Shown: piece after piece, positions 1 to 8,911 of the stretch
Position numbering within the stretch: position 1 is the first letter of the stretch
How the letters are laid out: each line of letters opens with the position of its first letter
From: Bacteriovoracaceae bacterium
GTDB lineage: Bacteria > Bdellovibrionota > Bacteriovoracia > Bacteriovoracales > Bacteriovoracaceae
Assembly (NCBI GenBank): GCA_041586955.1
Contig: JBFGZE010000068.1
Location: 1-19,357 of the forward strand
Direction of reading: 5' to 3'
Length of the DNA: 19,357 nt
The notes under the pieces: generated by a model
What the model saw: the letters and a program-made list of their open reading frames with translations, nothing else
What the model was told of the DNA's origin: nothing
The model's database searches: none
Position numbers and translations under genes: made by a program

Positions 1-763
1 AAGCATATTGCCCTAAATAACTGCGTATTTTTTCGCTTGGGTCTCGTTTATTAAGGGAGGAAAAACCTTTGCGGATAGATGAAGACTTAAGGCCAGTTTT
101 TTCAAGAGTTTTTATGATACCTGGTGACTTGGCCAGGGCATCAGGTCCGTGCTTAATCAACGCCTTCGCATTTCCCGGAGGAATCAGCATTGCCGATAAG
201 AAGCGACAGGTTGTGGCAACCTTAACCTCGTGTTTCATGCAATTAACGGAGGGTAACTTACGGGCCAAGAAGCTTGAAACCTTCTCCATTAAAAAATTTA
301 TTAAATTCTTCGTCACTTTTATTAAGGCGCGAACATTTTTAGGGGGACCTACCTCCCTCTTCGCTTTGACGAACTCCATTTCGAAAAAATTAGATATGGA
401 GTGAAAAAAGGCAGAGGATTGCTTAATTGTTGTATTTCGAGTGTCTTTATCAAAGACATTTTTAAAAAGCCCGACAAGGATATCTTTAAAGCTCCATATG
501 GTTTCACGGATATCATCCCAAATACTTGATACGCAACTTTGCCCCGAAAGAAGTGTCACCTTACCCAAGCTTTCGGCGACAGGTGGGCAAAGTTTGCGCT
601 GCTCTTCTTTTAATTCTGAACAATGTGCCACCTCTTCAAATAAGGGACAAATGGCCCCCAAATCCATTTTCGCCTGCGAACCAGAGCACATTGAATTTTG
701 TTCGGCAGCAATTGTGAAGGAGAAGAACAAGGAGAAGAATAGGGAGAATATGATAGACCTCAA
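1..763 (-). CDS. Secreted Cys-containing hypothetical protein, 3'-truncated by the window edge (not in the ORF track)
   Basis: Manual translation from TTG at 763-761: MRSIIFSLFFSLFFSFTIAAEQNSMCSGSQAKMDLGAICPLFEEVAHCSELKEEQRKLCPP..., open to base 1 (~254 codons). SD-like AAGGGGAG upstream, TTGA overlap with the upstream stop, signal-peptide-like N-terminus, 8 Cys. Confidence 0.85.
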   Translation of the reverse strand, partial: MRSIIFSLFFSLFFSFTIAAEQNSMCSGSQAKMDLGAICPLFEEVAHCSELKEEQRKLCPPVAESLGKVTLLSGQSCVSSIWDDIRETIWSFKDILVGLFKNVFDKDTRNTTIKQSSAFFHSISNFFEMEFVKAKREVGPPKNVRALIKVTKNLINFLMEKVSSFLARKLPSVNCMKHEVKVATTCRFLSAMLIPPGNAKALIKHGPDALAKSPGIIKTLEKTGLKSSSIRKGFSSLNKRDPSEKIRSYLGQYA

Positions 764-1275
764 CGCCTTCTCCCCTTGAACTTTCTAAATTTCTTAATTT
801 GCTCTTTTGTGACTTTAATAGAGTTTTTCGATTCTATTAATTTATTGAAAATACTTTTGGCGACCCTTAAATTATCTTTAAGATTAAGCGTCTCAGAATA
901 ATATAAGAAACTATACAATCTTCCTTTATCAAACTTAAACAACTCCACAAATTGACTTCTTTGATTATTTTTATGCAACTCACCGACTTGCCAAATATCA
1001 TTCTTATAAATCTTTTTCTTTTTAAATATAATTTTTTTCCGACTAAATATGTTCAATACTTTTTCTTTGGCCTTTTCTAAGGAGGAAAAATTCTCTTTTG
1101 TACTCAGCCAATCAATATGACTCATATCACTCACCGAAATTGTATAAGAGCGATTATTATTTTTATGAGTCCAAACCTTATGTCCACTAATTGTATTATC
1201 AACGATCCAAGTAGCATCTACTTTGGACAAAATCGACGGGAAGTAGAATAGAAATAAGATAAAAATAGTCTTCAT
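760..1275 (-). CDS. Secreted hypothetical protein (171 aa; start moved to ATG 1275)
   Basis: MKTIFILFLFYFPSILS... is a typical signal peptide. The extra 16 codons in the track are non-hydrophobic and contain an extended -10-like element. Stop overlaps the next gene's TTG. Confidence 0.75.
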   Translation of the reverse strand: MKTIFILFLFYFPSILSKVDATWIVDNTISGHKVWTHKNNNRSYTISVSDMSHIDWLSTKENFSSLEKAKEKVLNIFSRKKIIFKKKKIYKNDIWQVGELHKNNQRSQFVELFKFDKGRLYSFLYYSETLNLKDNLRVAKSIFNKLIESKNSIKVTKEQIKKFRKFKGRRR

Positions 1276-1361
1276 TATTCCATTATGACACAAGGAGTTG
1301 CGAGCGCTATTATTTTTTATCAAGAAAAGAATGCCTTAATATCAAAAGAATCGGCTCACCA

Positions 1362-1625
1362 TTAAAATAAGCTTTTCCATTTTTGCCAAAGTGACTTATT
1401 GGGAAATAGCCGGATCCAGGTTCTATCCCCCTCTATTTTTTTCATTTTAATGGATTTTTGGCGCACCAATTGGCCCAGAATTTCCTCCAAATGATCGCGC
1501 CCAAATTGAGGGTATCTGCTCAAGGATTCAGAATCAAGATCTAAAATGATCTTTTCAAGAGTCATCGGTTCATAAAAAGATAGTGTCGATAGAATTAATG
1601 CTATTAAATCCTCATCTTTATTCAT
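1362..1625 (-). CDS. Small hypothetical protein, possibly winged-helix fold
   Basis: 87 aa with SD GAGGT. Pattern EPMTLEKIILDL...HLEEILGQLVRQKSIKMKKIEGDRTW resembles a wHTH (inference). Confidence 0.7.
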   Translation of the reverse strand: MNKDEDLIALILSTLSFYEPMTLEKIILDLDSESLSRYPQFGRDHLEEILGQLVRQKSIKMKKIEGDRTWIRLFPNKSLWQKWKSLF

Positions 1626-1644
1626 CTAATAAACCTCAAGGCAG

Positions 1645-1673
1645 TTGATTTCTATAATCACTGCCCTTAATCT
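1645..1673 (+). promoter_or_regulatory. Putative sigma70 promoter of arfB (leaderless geometry)
   Basis: TTGATT(1645-1650)-N17-TAATCT(1668-1673)-N6-ATG(1680); no SD before the ATG. Confidence 0.5.
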
Positions 1674-1679
1674 TACCAT

Positions 1680-2087
1680 ATGAAACCGCTTAAAATCCCC
1701 ATTAAAGAATTCAATTTCTCCTTTAGTAGAAGTTCTGGATCTGGTGGGCAAAATGTTAATAAGGTGAACTCTAAGGTGACGCTTATCTGGAACCTTAAAT
1801 TATCTTCCATTTCTTTTCCAGGCCTAATTGCACGCTTTCAGGAAAAATATCCGCGTAAAATGCAACACGATGGGACCGTTAGTATCACTAGTCAGCGGTT
1901 TCGCAATCAGGGCCTTAATACCGCTGATTGTATTGAAAAGATTGAAGAAATGATTAACTCCGTGGCAATAGCACCTAAAAAGCGACGGCCGACGAAGCCT
2001 AAAAAGGGGGCCATTGAAAAGCGCCTCAAAAATAAAAAAGAACAAGGAGATAAGAAAAAGCGGAGGCAATCAAAACCCGACTATTAA
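1680..2087 (+). CDS. arfB: Alternative ribosome rescue factor ArfB (peptidyl-tRNA hydrolase, RF-1 domain)
   Basis: FSRSSGSGGQNVNKVNSKV GGQ motif, SQRFRNQGLN, and a basic C-terminal tail RRPTKP...RLKNKK...KKRRQ. Confidence 0.95.
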   Translation: MKPLKIPIKEFNFSFSRSSGSGGQNVNKVNSKVTLIWNLKLSSISFPGLIARFQEKYPRKMQHDGTVSITSQRFRNQGLNTADCIEKIEEMINSVAIAPKKRRPTKPKKGAIEKRLKNKKEQGDKKKRRQSKPDY

Positions 2088-2101
2088 TCATCATTTTAAG
2101 C

Positions 2102-2125
2102 AAAAAAACGGCCTTTAATGGCCGC
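2102..2125 (-). terminator. Intrinsic terminator of the Agl-Glt-like operon
   Basis: Minus strand reads GCGGCC-ATTAAA-GGCCGT-TTTTTT, ~15 nt after the vWA gene stop. Confidence 0.7.
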
Positions 2126-2139
2126 TACGCTCATTAATC

Positions 2140-3132
2140 TTACCTAGTGATTCCATCATCGATCTCAAAGTCAATATCAATAAAGTCATTATCAAAGTCT
2201 GGAGCGAAGTTTAAATTATAAAAACTAACAGAATTAAAATAATCATCGTAATACCAAAAGCCTCCGTCCTCAAGCTTCCCACCTGGTAATTCTTGACCAC
2301 GGTATAAAACCCGAATTGTTTCTATCTTCGGTTTAGACTTAAGAAGAATACGAGGCGATTTGACGAGCTTAACAATATCATCACCAATCGTTGCCAATTG
2401 AGTTCCGAAATCATTCACACAAGCTGAGATATGAAAACCCTTCGTCGCAGTAATGACTTCTGCAAAGGGACTCCCTTTATAGACCACTCTTTCGCGCCCA
2501 CACTCTCTAAGATCGTCCATTTCAAAAGCCCCGTAGAAACGCAATTGATGATCTGATCCGATACGCATTTTTATTCTCGATAGAAAATTTTGGGCATTAT
2601 AATCAACGCCAAATTCACCTTCACTTTGTTCATTTTCATCAGTCACCATAATAACTGCTAAATGAGAGTCTTCTCTGAGAAAGTGATTATTTTGCTCAAT
2701 CACACGCTCAATATTATAAAAAACAAATTCTTCGGGGTCACCATTAATCCCCAGAGACCCAATCGCCTTTTGAAAAACGGGAACCGGATCAATATGGCGC
2801 GCATCAAATGGGGCCTGAAACCCAAGGTAGGGTAAATCCCTTTGATCTGTAGAAATAAGTCCAATTTTCCAATCAAGAAAACGATTTTTCAAAAAAGCAT
2901 TCATAAATGTTTTTGAGTTGGCAATGATATTATTTTGAATGGACCCCATACTACCCGAATTATCGACGACCCAAAGAATATCCACCTTGGTATCATTCAT
3001 AATATTTTTAATTGGATAAGTTCCCCGGTGAGTTTCAGGCGCAGGGGGATCACTATAATAAAGATAAGAATCATCTTTTTTACAATTGGTTAAAACCAAA
3101 GTAATTGACAATAAACTAAGCCATTTAATCAT
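2140..3132 (-). CDS. vWA-domain lipoprotein with MIDAS motif (CglB-like putative adhesin)
   Basis: Start ATG 3132 in a TAATG overlap with the upstream stop. Lipobox LVLTNC, vWA beta-A strand plus DxSxS (VDILWVVDNSGSM), distal AVIMVTDENE, and a C-terminal beta-rich domain. Confidence 0.85.
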   Translation of the reverse strand: MIKWLSLLSITLVLTNCKKDDSYLYYSDPPAPETHRGTYPIKNIMNDTKVDILWVVDNSGSMGSIQNNIIANSKTFMNAFLKNRFLDWKIGLISTDQRDLPYLGFQAPFDARHIDPVPVFQKAIGSLGINGDPEEFVFYNIERVIEQNNHFLREDSHLAVIMVTDENEQSEGEFGVDYNAQNFLSRIKMRIGSDHQLRFYGAFEMDDLRECGRERVVYKGSPFAEVITATKGFHISACVNDFGTQLATIGDDIVKLVKSPRILLKSKPKIETIRVLYRGQELPGGKLEDGGFWYYDDYFNSVSFYNLNFAPDFDNDFIDIDFEIDDGITR

Positions 3133-4709
3133 TATTCTTTCCCAGCTAAACAAAGGCTTTTCACTTCTGCGGTGAGATGAAAAGGCTCATCTCCCCACGC
3201 CATACCATCAAAAGGAAACTCCAATTGGTTTTTCTTTGCGCTTGCAGCGGCAAAGGTTGTAACCTTATCAACTCCGCTTTTTTCCTCTAATTTTTGAGCA
3301 TACCTCCGCATTAGACTAATAAACTCTATTTTCACAAAGCGCATTTTACGGATGCTACTATCTAAAATCTTCTGCCTATTTTCCCAACGCTTGCGCAATT
3401 CAAATTGTTTTCTTTTTGCGGTCATACTCATCATGGTATTTAGATCCTGACGAGAAGTCAGCCAATGTTCTTGCACACCAATTGCGGGTACAGTCGCCTC
3501 AACACTGGCCTGAGCTAAACGATCCAATTGCTCTTTTTCGATCTTTTGACTTTTCATTCCCCGTAAAACGATATTGAGATAATAATCATACTCATTAATG
3601 AGTGCAGGAGATTCCTGCAGTCGATTTTTCCTGATTTGTGCGGCCCAATTCTTATTCACGCGAATATAAGAATCAAACGCCTTTTTCACATTTTGGAACT
3701 GGCACAGCTTTAAATGAGCAATGGAACTAACCAGATAAACTTCCGGTAAAAATTTATCGTCAAATAATTTTAAATCCAAAGAGGCCAACTCTCCTTTTAA
3801 ATGGGGCATATCGCCTTTTCTAAGAGATATCCATAACGCTTCAACTCGAGCTTGAAGAAATTGTTGAGATTTTTCTGGGATCAGTCGGTAATAATGTTCT
3901 GAGGCGTCCATCGCACCGGCCTGATAAAGTAGGCGAGCGAGGAGCATATAATAAGAGGATATTTTCTCCAAATCGTCCGAATTGTGTAATTTCGGTTCAT
4001 AAACTTGCTTTAATAATTTGGCCGCAGCGCCAAGCTTACGCTGACGAGCAAGATCCACCACAATGGTTTGCGCTAAGCGAAATCTTAAAGGGTCATCTTG
4101 TGCCAACTTTGGTAACCAATAAAGGGCCTCCTCACCTGTTCGCAGAGCAGACCATGACTGGGCAAGGATATTAAAACGATTATCATTTGTCCGTAAGCTT
4201 TTTAACTGCAGCTTCTGATCGGGCCCTATATGAATACCATTATTAATAAACCATAATGACGCATTTTTTGAAATAGTTTGATCTAAGGCAACACCTAGTT
4301 GAGATTTTAAAAAATTACTTTCGGCACTATGCCGTAACCAGGCATTAAAAAATGTTTGATTAAGATTTAATTTCCAATAGAGATAAAGACTTGCGGCCTC
4401 GACGACGCTTAGATAATTGCTTGGGGCCTTCTTTTTGATCACGCTAATAAGATGCGCTGCTTTTTCATATTTCTTATTAACAATAAGGTTCATCCACGAA
4501 TTAACTTCAAAATTGAGCTTACCGGCAGACTTCCAAGAACCGTATAATTGTACCAGGAAGGGGTCATCTAACTCTAATTGCTTATGAGACTTAAAACTTA
4601 TTTGTGTCGCTGTATTTCCATTTCCCGACTGCTCCAGTAAAAGATCCGCACCCGATTGAGCGTGAACTTGGAGGGGTAAAAAAAGGGCCAAAAGAAGAGT
4701 AGATTTCAT
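3132..4709 (-). CDS. Periplasmic TPR-like protein, GltC-like
   Basis: Signal peptide (VHA/Q), TPR-like helices (LLARLLYQAG..ASEHYYRLIP; ARVEALW), HLKLCQF, and C-terminal EFPFDGMAWGDE resembling the GltC WPFxGExWxDE tail; operon context. Confidence 0.75.
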   Translation of the reverse strand: MKSTLLLALFLPLQVHAQSGADLLLEQSGNGNTATQISFKSHKQLELDDPFLVQLYGSWKSAGKLNFEVNSWMNLIVNKKYEKAAHLISVIKKKAPSNYLSVVEAASLYLYWKLNLNQTFFNAWLRHSAESNFLKSQLGVALDQTISKNASLWFINNGIHIGPDQKLQLKSLRTNDNRFNILAQSWSALRTGEEALYWLPKLAQDDPLRFRLAQTIVVDLARQRKLGAAAKLLKQVYEPKLHNSDDLEKISSYYMLLARLLYQAGAMDASEHYYRLIPEKSQQFLQARVEALWISLRKGDMPHLKGELASLDLKLFDDKFLPEVYLVSSIAHLKLCQFQNVKKAFDSYIRVNKNWAAQIRKNRLQESPALINEYDYYLNIVLRGMKSQKIEKEQLDRLAQASVEATVPAIGVQEHWLTSRQDLNTMMSMTAKRKQFELRKRWENRQKILDSSIRKMRFVKIEFISLMRRYAQKLEEKSGVDKVTTFAAASAKKNQLEFPFDGMAWGDEPFHLTAEVKSLCLAGKE

Positions 4710-5389
4710 ATATTCATGCCTCCAAATAGAAGACCCATTTCCACATAGCCCATAACATTATGAATGAGTTTTTTATTGCCTCTTTGCTCTCTATTATACA
4801 ATTCATTATTAAGCCCAAAACGAGCACTAAAGTTTTTCCCTAGCCAAAATGAAAGGCCGAGGTCACCAACTAACATCAATTGATTACCAATGGCGGTTTC
4901 CATTCGACCAACACCTAAAGAAATAAATTGATCAAAATAAAGGACACTTTCCTTGGTCATTCTGACTTTTCCATAAACGGTATTATATGAGGTAAAAAGA
5001 GTCATACTGCTCACACTATAATCAGAATCAGGCAATAATGAGTATTCATTTAATAAGGTTTGGCCCGATTGGCTTAATTGATTAGAATAGCGGCCATAAC
5101 GGGCGCCAAGTTCCCATTTATCATTAAAATGATAACGGTAGGCCACTCCTCCTTGTTTCGTGACAAGGTGGCCATCGGCATTAAAATTATTGGCCCCAAA
5201 AAATGATACTTCATGCCTCTTAACAAGGCCTGAATAGCGTGTATTCACTACATAAAGCTTATCTTTACTAACGACAGGAGTCACTTTATGACTAGGTATA
5301 TTTAATTGCTCGAGTTTCTCCTCTAAAGAGTCCTTGGCGAGAAAAGAAGGAGACTGGAGAATTAGGAGACTTAAAATTATCTTTTTCAT
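4706..5389 (-). CDS. Outer-membrane beta-barrel protein, GltA/GltB/GltH-like
   Basis: Signal peptide, amphipathic strands (GGVAYRYHFNDKWELGARY; YNTVYGK; FDQFISLGVG; GLSFWLGKNFSARF), ATGA overlap with the gltC-like gene. Confidence 0.8.
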   Translation of the reverse strand: MKKIILSLLILQSPSFLAKDSLEEKLEQLNIPSHKVTPVVSKDKLYVVNTRYSGLVKRHEVSFFGANNFNADGHLVTKQGGVAYRYHFNDKWELGARYGRYSNQLSQSGQTLLNEYSLLPDSDYSVSSMTLFTSYNTVYGKVRMTKESVLYFDQFISLGVGRMETAIGNQLMLVGDLGLSFWLGKNFSARFGLNNELYNREQRGNKKLIHNVMGYVEMGLLFGGMNI

Positions 5390-5402
5390 TAACGGTACCC
5401 TC

Positions 5403-7430
5403 TTAATTTTTTAAATCTGTACTAATCATGGTTTTAAGCCATGTTCCTGGAATATTTCTATCTTGCCCTTGAACCTTTAAGTCGGCCCATTCTGTTCCAA
5501 GTAAGGCCAATCGACCACCATTCGGACGGTCACAAATAACCCCGATTTTAAAACGGACAAGACGCCTTTTATCGGCGATTTCAAAAACTGGCTCACAATT
5601 GGTGGTATCAACGCCGGTAGAAAAAAGAATGGGGTCATGAGACTCATCACTTGTATCAAGCTTTAATTGAACCGCAGCAGTGGCACGGGGAAAATCACCA
5701 CGACTCACAAATTCAATATCTGAAAGTTTTGGGGTGCGTGGTAACTCAGAATAACGACCCACAATCGAGACACGATAATCTTCCTTAATTTTATCAAGAA
5801 ATTTCGGTGGCAAATGATCCATCAATGGTGTGGCAATAACAATGTTTTTTATTTTAGTCATCGCCAGAGTCAACTTTTCATCGATACTTTGGTCTTTTAG
5901 AATGCTCGTTCCAATAATTAAGGTCTCTCTTCCTGAAGTATTGCGAAGATTTATTTCCTGGATAACGGGATTCATAATGTCTAATTTTTGATAAGCATTT
6001 TTATAAAATTTAACTTCTTTATCTTTTGTCGAGTCAGAAAAGTATAAAAGACGACTGCGGTTTTTGGGAAAAACTTCGACCAAAAAACTTTCCGCCGACT
6101 GCACATTATACTCCGAGGTGGCAATAATATTAAATTGATGAATCCCCTTTTTAGTGAAATTCATTTTTAATTGACCATTACTCCAAGAAACAAATTGGCG
6201 CATTTCTTTTGGAAAAACGTTGACTTTAGGTGAGAGCCCGCGATTTTCTTGATCTATAATAGGCAATTTAATAGCATTATTTTGACTATGCCCAAGGTAT
6301 TGAATTGTTCCAATTGGCCAATTTTGGCGCTCTATATTTGGCGCCTTTCTATCACGAACTTTAAAATTAACCGTAATTTCTCTATTCCGACAAAGGGTCG
6401 CTCTATTTTTGGCCTCCTGAATACAGACCTCAAAGACCAGCTTGTGGCCTTTACCATTTCGTGTGGGCGGAATGTCTTCCCAGTTGATATTAAGAACGCT
6501 GGTGTAATTTTTATCATTTCGGATTAGCTTACTGGAGAAATTACCAAAATTAGGCCTACTACTTTCTAACCTGATCCAAGGAGCGATCTCTTTGTTGGCA
6601 TCATAAGCACTCACTTGAAAACTAACATCGAGACCTTGTTCAATAGTCAAAGGCAAGGCAATTTCTGGCCAAAGGCGCTCATCAGTAACGGTAATATTCA
6701 TTTCTCGCTGGGCGACATGACCTGCGGGATTAAAAACCGTGACCTTACCAAAATACTTTTTGCAAGGTTCTTGCCATCTACTGCAATCACTCTTTTCGAC
6801 TTTTACCTCATCACTATTAGGTGTCCATATTAATTGATAATGAGTATTTGTGATCTTTTTAATTTGAGTGTTAACAGGTAACGACTCGGTCTGAATCTTA
6901 AAAGGACCATTGGGGTAGTCCGTATTTTCAATTTTAATATTCGACGTTAAAGTCTGGCCTTCCTTAACCTCTGAATTGCGCGTAACATTGACATTAATGC
7001 CTTGAGGTACATCATACACAAATAGATTGACTCTTTTTCGAATGGCCTGAACCGTGTCTTCACTGCTGCGAAGCCAAACTATAATTGGATAAATACGGCT
7101 TTTAATAGTCGGATCACCAGGGTTATTACCTGCAAAAATTCCCGGTTTCCAAGTCAGAGTCAATTTTTCAGGATCAAATGTAGCACCTTCTGGTAAATTA
7201 TCAACATGAACTAAAGGCCTACCGGGACTAGGAACAGATACTTTAAATCGATAGTCGCGGGGAAACCCTTCATGGTATTCAATAACATCTGGAAAATCAG
7301 CAGATAACGGCGGGCGAACGACGACACGCGGAGCAGGTTTATCTGCACTAATCTGGCCCTCATCAGGATAAGGGTTCTCCTGACAACCAAAGAGAGCGCC
7401 TAATAAGATCATTGATAATAAATAACGCAT
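5403..7430 (-). CDS. Lipoprotein with ~4 tandem Ig/cadherin-like repeats and a C-terminal alpha/beta domain
   Basis: Lipobox LFGC, SD GGAG. Putative-Ig signature NLPEGATFDPEKLTLTWKP, echoed by SLPVNTQI...LIWTP; repeat starts YHEG, VKEGQTL, IEQGLDVSFQVSAYD. Confidence 0.75.
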   Translation of the reverse strand: MRYLLSMILLGALFGCQENPYPDEGQISADKPAPRVVVRPPLSADFPDVIEYHEGFPRDYRFKVSVPSPGRPLVHVDNLPEGATFDPEKLTLTWKPGIFAGNNPGDPTIKSRIYPIIVWLRSSEDTVQAIRKRVNLFVYDVPQGINVNVTRNSEVKEGQTLTSNIKIENTDYPNGPFKIQTESLPVNTQIKKITNTHYQLIWTPNSDEVKVEKSDCSRWQEPCKKYFGKVTVFNPAGHVAQREMNITVTDERLWPEIALPLTIEQGLDVSFQVSAYDANKEIAPWIRLESSRPNFGNFSSKLIRNDKNYTSVLNINWEDIPPTRNGKGHKLVFEVCIQEAKNRATLCRNREITVNFKVRDRKAPNIERQNWPIGTIQYLGHSQNNAIKLPIIDQENRGLSPKVNVFPKEMRQFVSWSNGQLKMNFTKKGIHQFNIIATSEYNVQSAESFLVEVFPKNRSRLLYFSDSTKDKEVKFYKNAYQKLDIMNPVIQEINLRNTSGRETLIIGTSILKDQSIDEKLTLAMTKIKNIVIATPLMDHLPPKFLDKIKEDYRVSIVGRYSELPRTPKLSDIEFVSRGDFPRATAAVQLKLDTSDESHDPILFSTGVDTTNCEPVFEIADKRRLVRFKIGVICDRPNGGRLALLGTEWADLKVQGQDRNIPGTWLKTMISTDLKN

Positions 7431-7446
7431 TAAATTCTCCTAAAAC

Positions 7447-8643
7447 CTATACCCCGACAGGCCTTAACATAAATGGATAATCAACCTTCACATTTACGCC
7501 ACCCTTGGGTTTTGGGAATTTCCATCCCATCATTTTATTTGTTATACAACTCTCCACCTTTTTATTGCCAAGAGATGATTTTATTATATTTGAATAATTA
7601 AGCATTCCATTACCGCCAATTTCAAAACCAATAGTTACCAGGCCTTCAAGTGAAGGATTAGTTTTTAATTGATTTTCATAACAGCGGCGCACCTGATTAA
7701 TATATTTCGCAATAGTTGCATTAATCGCATAACGACTAAGGCCACCCTCTAAAACCATATCGCGACTAGAGACAGAAATAGCTGAAATTCCCTTTCCTTC
7801 CCCGGAGGCCACCAGAGTATTTCCATAACCACCTTTACCACCGCCAGCTCCTTTGGTACCAATACCTCCAAGACCTGCGACCCCGGTATTTCCGACAGTT
7901 GTTTTTTTAAGCCCTTTGCCTAGTCCTACTAATAATTCACCACCACTTCCTTGATCCCCACCCTTACCAGCTCCTGCAGTCGCCTTGGCCAATTTAGTGG
8001 GAACACCGCCAACAACCTTTTTCATATTCGCACTACCGACAAGGCCAAGAAAACCAAGGTTCCTTTTAACTGCCCGATGGGCCTTTTGTTGCTTGGTCAA
8101 CGGCTTAACTTTGATTGAGGGACTACGGCGAGAAATATTCACGGTATTTTTTTGTTGTATCACTTTAACAATAAGAGGTTCTTGTTTTTTTTCTTTCTCT
8201 TTTTCAGTTATCTCCATTTGACCAAAAGAAAGATAAATGCCCACAATAGTCATTAAAATTAAAATAACGATCGCAAGACGATTAATAAGCTTATTATCGA
8301 ACTCATTTTCAGTAGTGACGTTGGAGGGAATCGCGGCAATTTCATTATGTAAACGAAACGACCCGATAGGCGTTTCCAATTGCCATTTTTGGCCTTCTAA
8401 CCGAGAGGCCTGGCACTCTTTTGTATTGATTAGTTCCCAGGAGTCACCTGCTTTTTTTATTTCAAAAGAGCAGTGCCAAAAATCTCTGGTATGCTCAAAG
8501 CCTTGCCTTTTGCGAACTTCATTTCTTTTTTCTGCCTTGTCTTTACTGATCAAGCCAAATAATTGATGAATGCCAAATTCATGGTGATCAACATTATGAA
8601 GGACCTTAACCAATTCGCCGTCGAGAGTTTCTACTGAGATCAT
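7447..8643 (-). CDS. TonB-like energy transducer with AgmX/PglI C-terminal domain, GltG-like
   Basis: Single TM (LAIVILILMTIVGIYL), Gly-rich linker (GLGGIGTKGAGGGKGGYG), TonB-C domain with Cys pair (VRRCYENQL...VESCIT...WKFPKPKGG.V.V.YPF). Confidence 0.85.
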   Translation of the reverse strand: MISVETLDGELVKVLHNVDHHEFGIHQLFGLISKDKAEKRNEVRKRQGFEHTRDFWHCSFEIKKAGDSWELINTKECQASRLEGQKWQLETPIGSFRLHNEIAAIPSNVTTENEFDNKLINRLAIVILILMTIVGIYLSFGQMEITEKEKEKKQEPLIVKVIQQKNTVNISRRSPSIKVKPLTKQQKAHRAVKRNLGFLGLVGSANMKKVVGGVPTKLAKATAGAGKGGDQGSGGELLVGLGKGLKKTTVGNTGVAGLGGIGTKGAGGGKGGYGNTLVASGEGKGISAISVSSRDMVLEGGLSRYAINATIAKYINQVRRCYENQLKTNPSLEGLVTIGFEIGGNGMLNYSNIIKSSLGNKKVESCITNKMMGWKFPKPKGGVNVKVDYPFMLRPVGV

Positions 8644-8900
8644 TTAATCTCCTCCCCTGCATCATCTGCCATATAGTCGACAAAGTCCTCTCTCAATTTT
8701 AAAAGGCCTAAATCCTGCTGATTCAAATTCCCTGTAACGACAGCAAAGTCAGGTGTTTTATTTTCTCCTTCCACTAATAAGGATTCAAAATCAATTTTTT
8801 TACCATTTTTATAGCGAACATTTTTGGTATTAACCTTTTCAGCCTGAATAACACTAAAAAGCAGCATAAATGAGACTAATAAGACAAGATTCTTGAACAT
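8640..8900 (-). CDS. Small periplasmic protein, GltF/CglF-like
   Basis: Signal peptide plus KKIDFESLLVEGENKTP...LLKLREDF, matching the DFxxxxI/VxGxxxxP...LIxxRxxF pattern; lies directly before the gltG-like gene. Confidence 0.75.
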   Translation of the reverse strand: MFKNLVLLVSFMLLFSVIQAEKVNTKNVRYKNGKKIDFESLLVEGENKTPDFAVVTGNLNQQDLGLLKLREDFVDYMADDAGEEIK

Positions 8901-8911
8901 ACTTCTTTCTC

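Noticed and set aside
500..515. GGTTTCACGGATATCA as a possible parS
   Set aside because: Only one half-site matches TGTTTCACGTGAAACA; it is not palindromic and lies within a CDS.
69..779. Plus-strand ORFs 69-404, 441-779 and 526-717
   Set aside because: Antisense shadows of the uninterrupted minus-strand gene 763->1, which has an SD, a signal peptide and a coupled start.
5694..5702. RGD tripeptide in the Ig lipoprotein, in the same operon as an integrin-like vWA gene
   Set aside because: A single tripeptide in 675 aa is expected by chance; no evidence of conservation or exposure.
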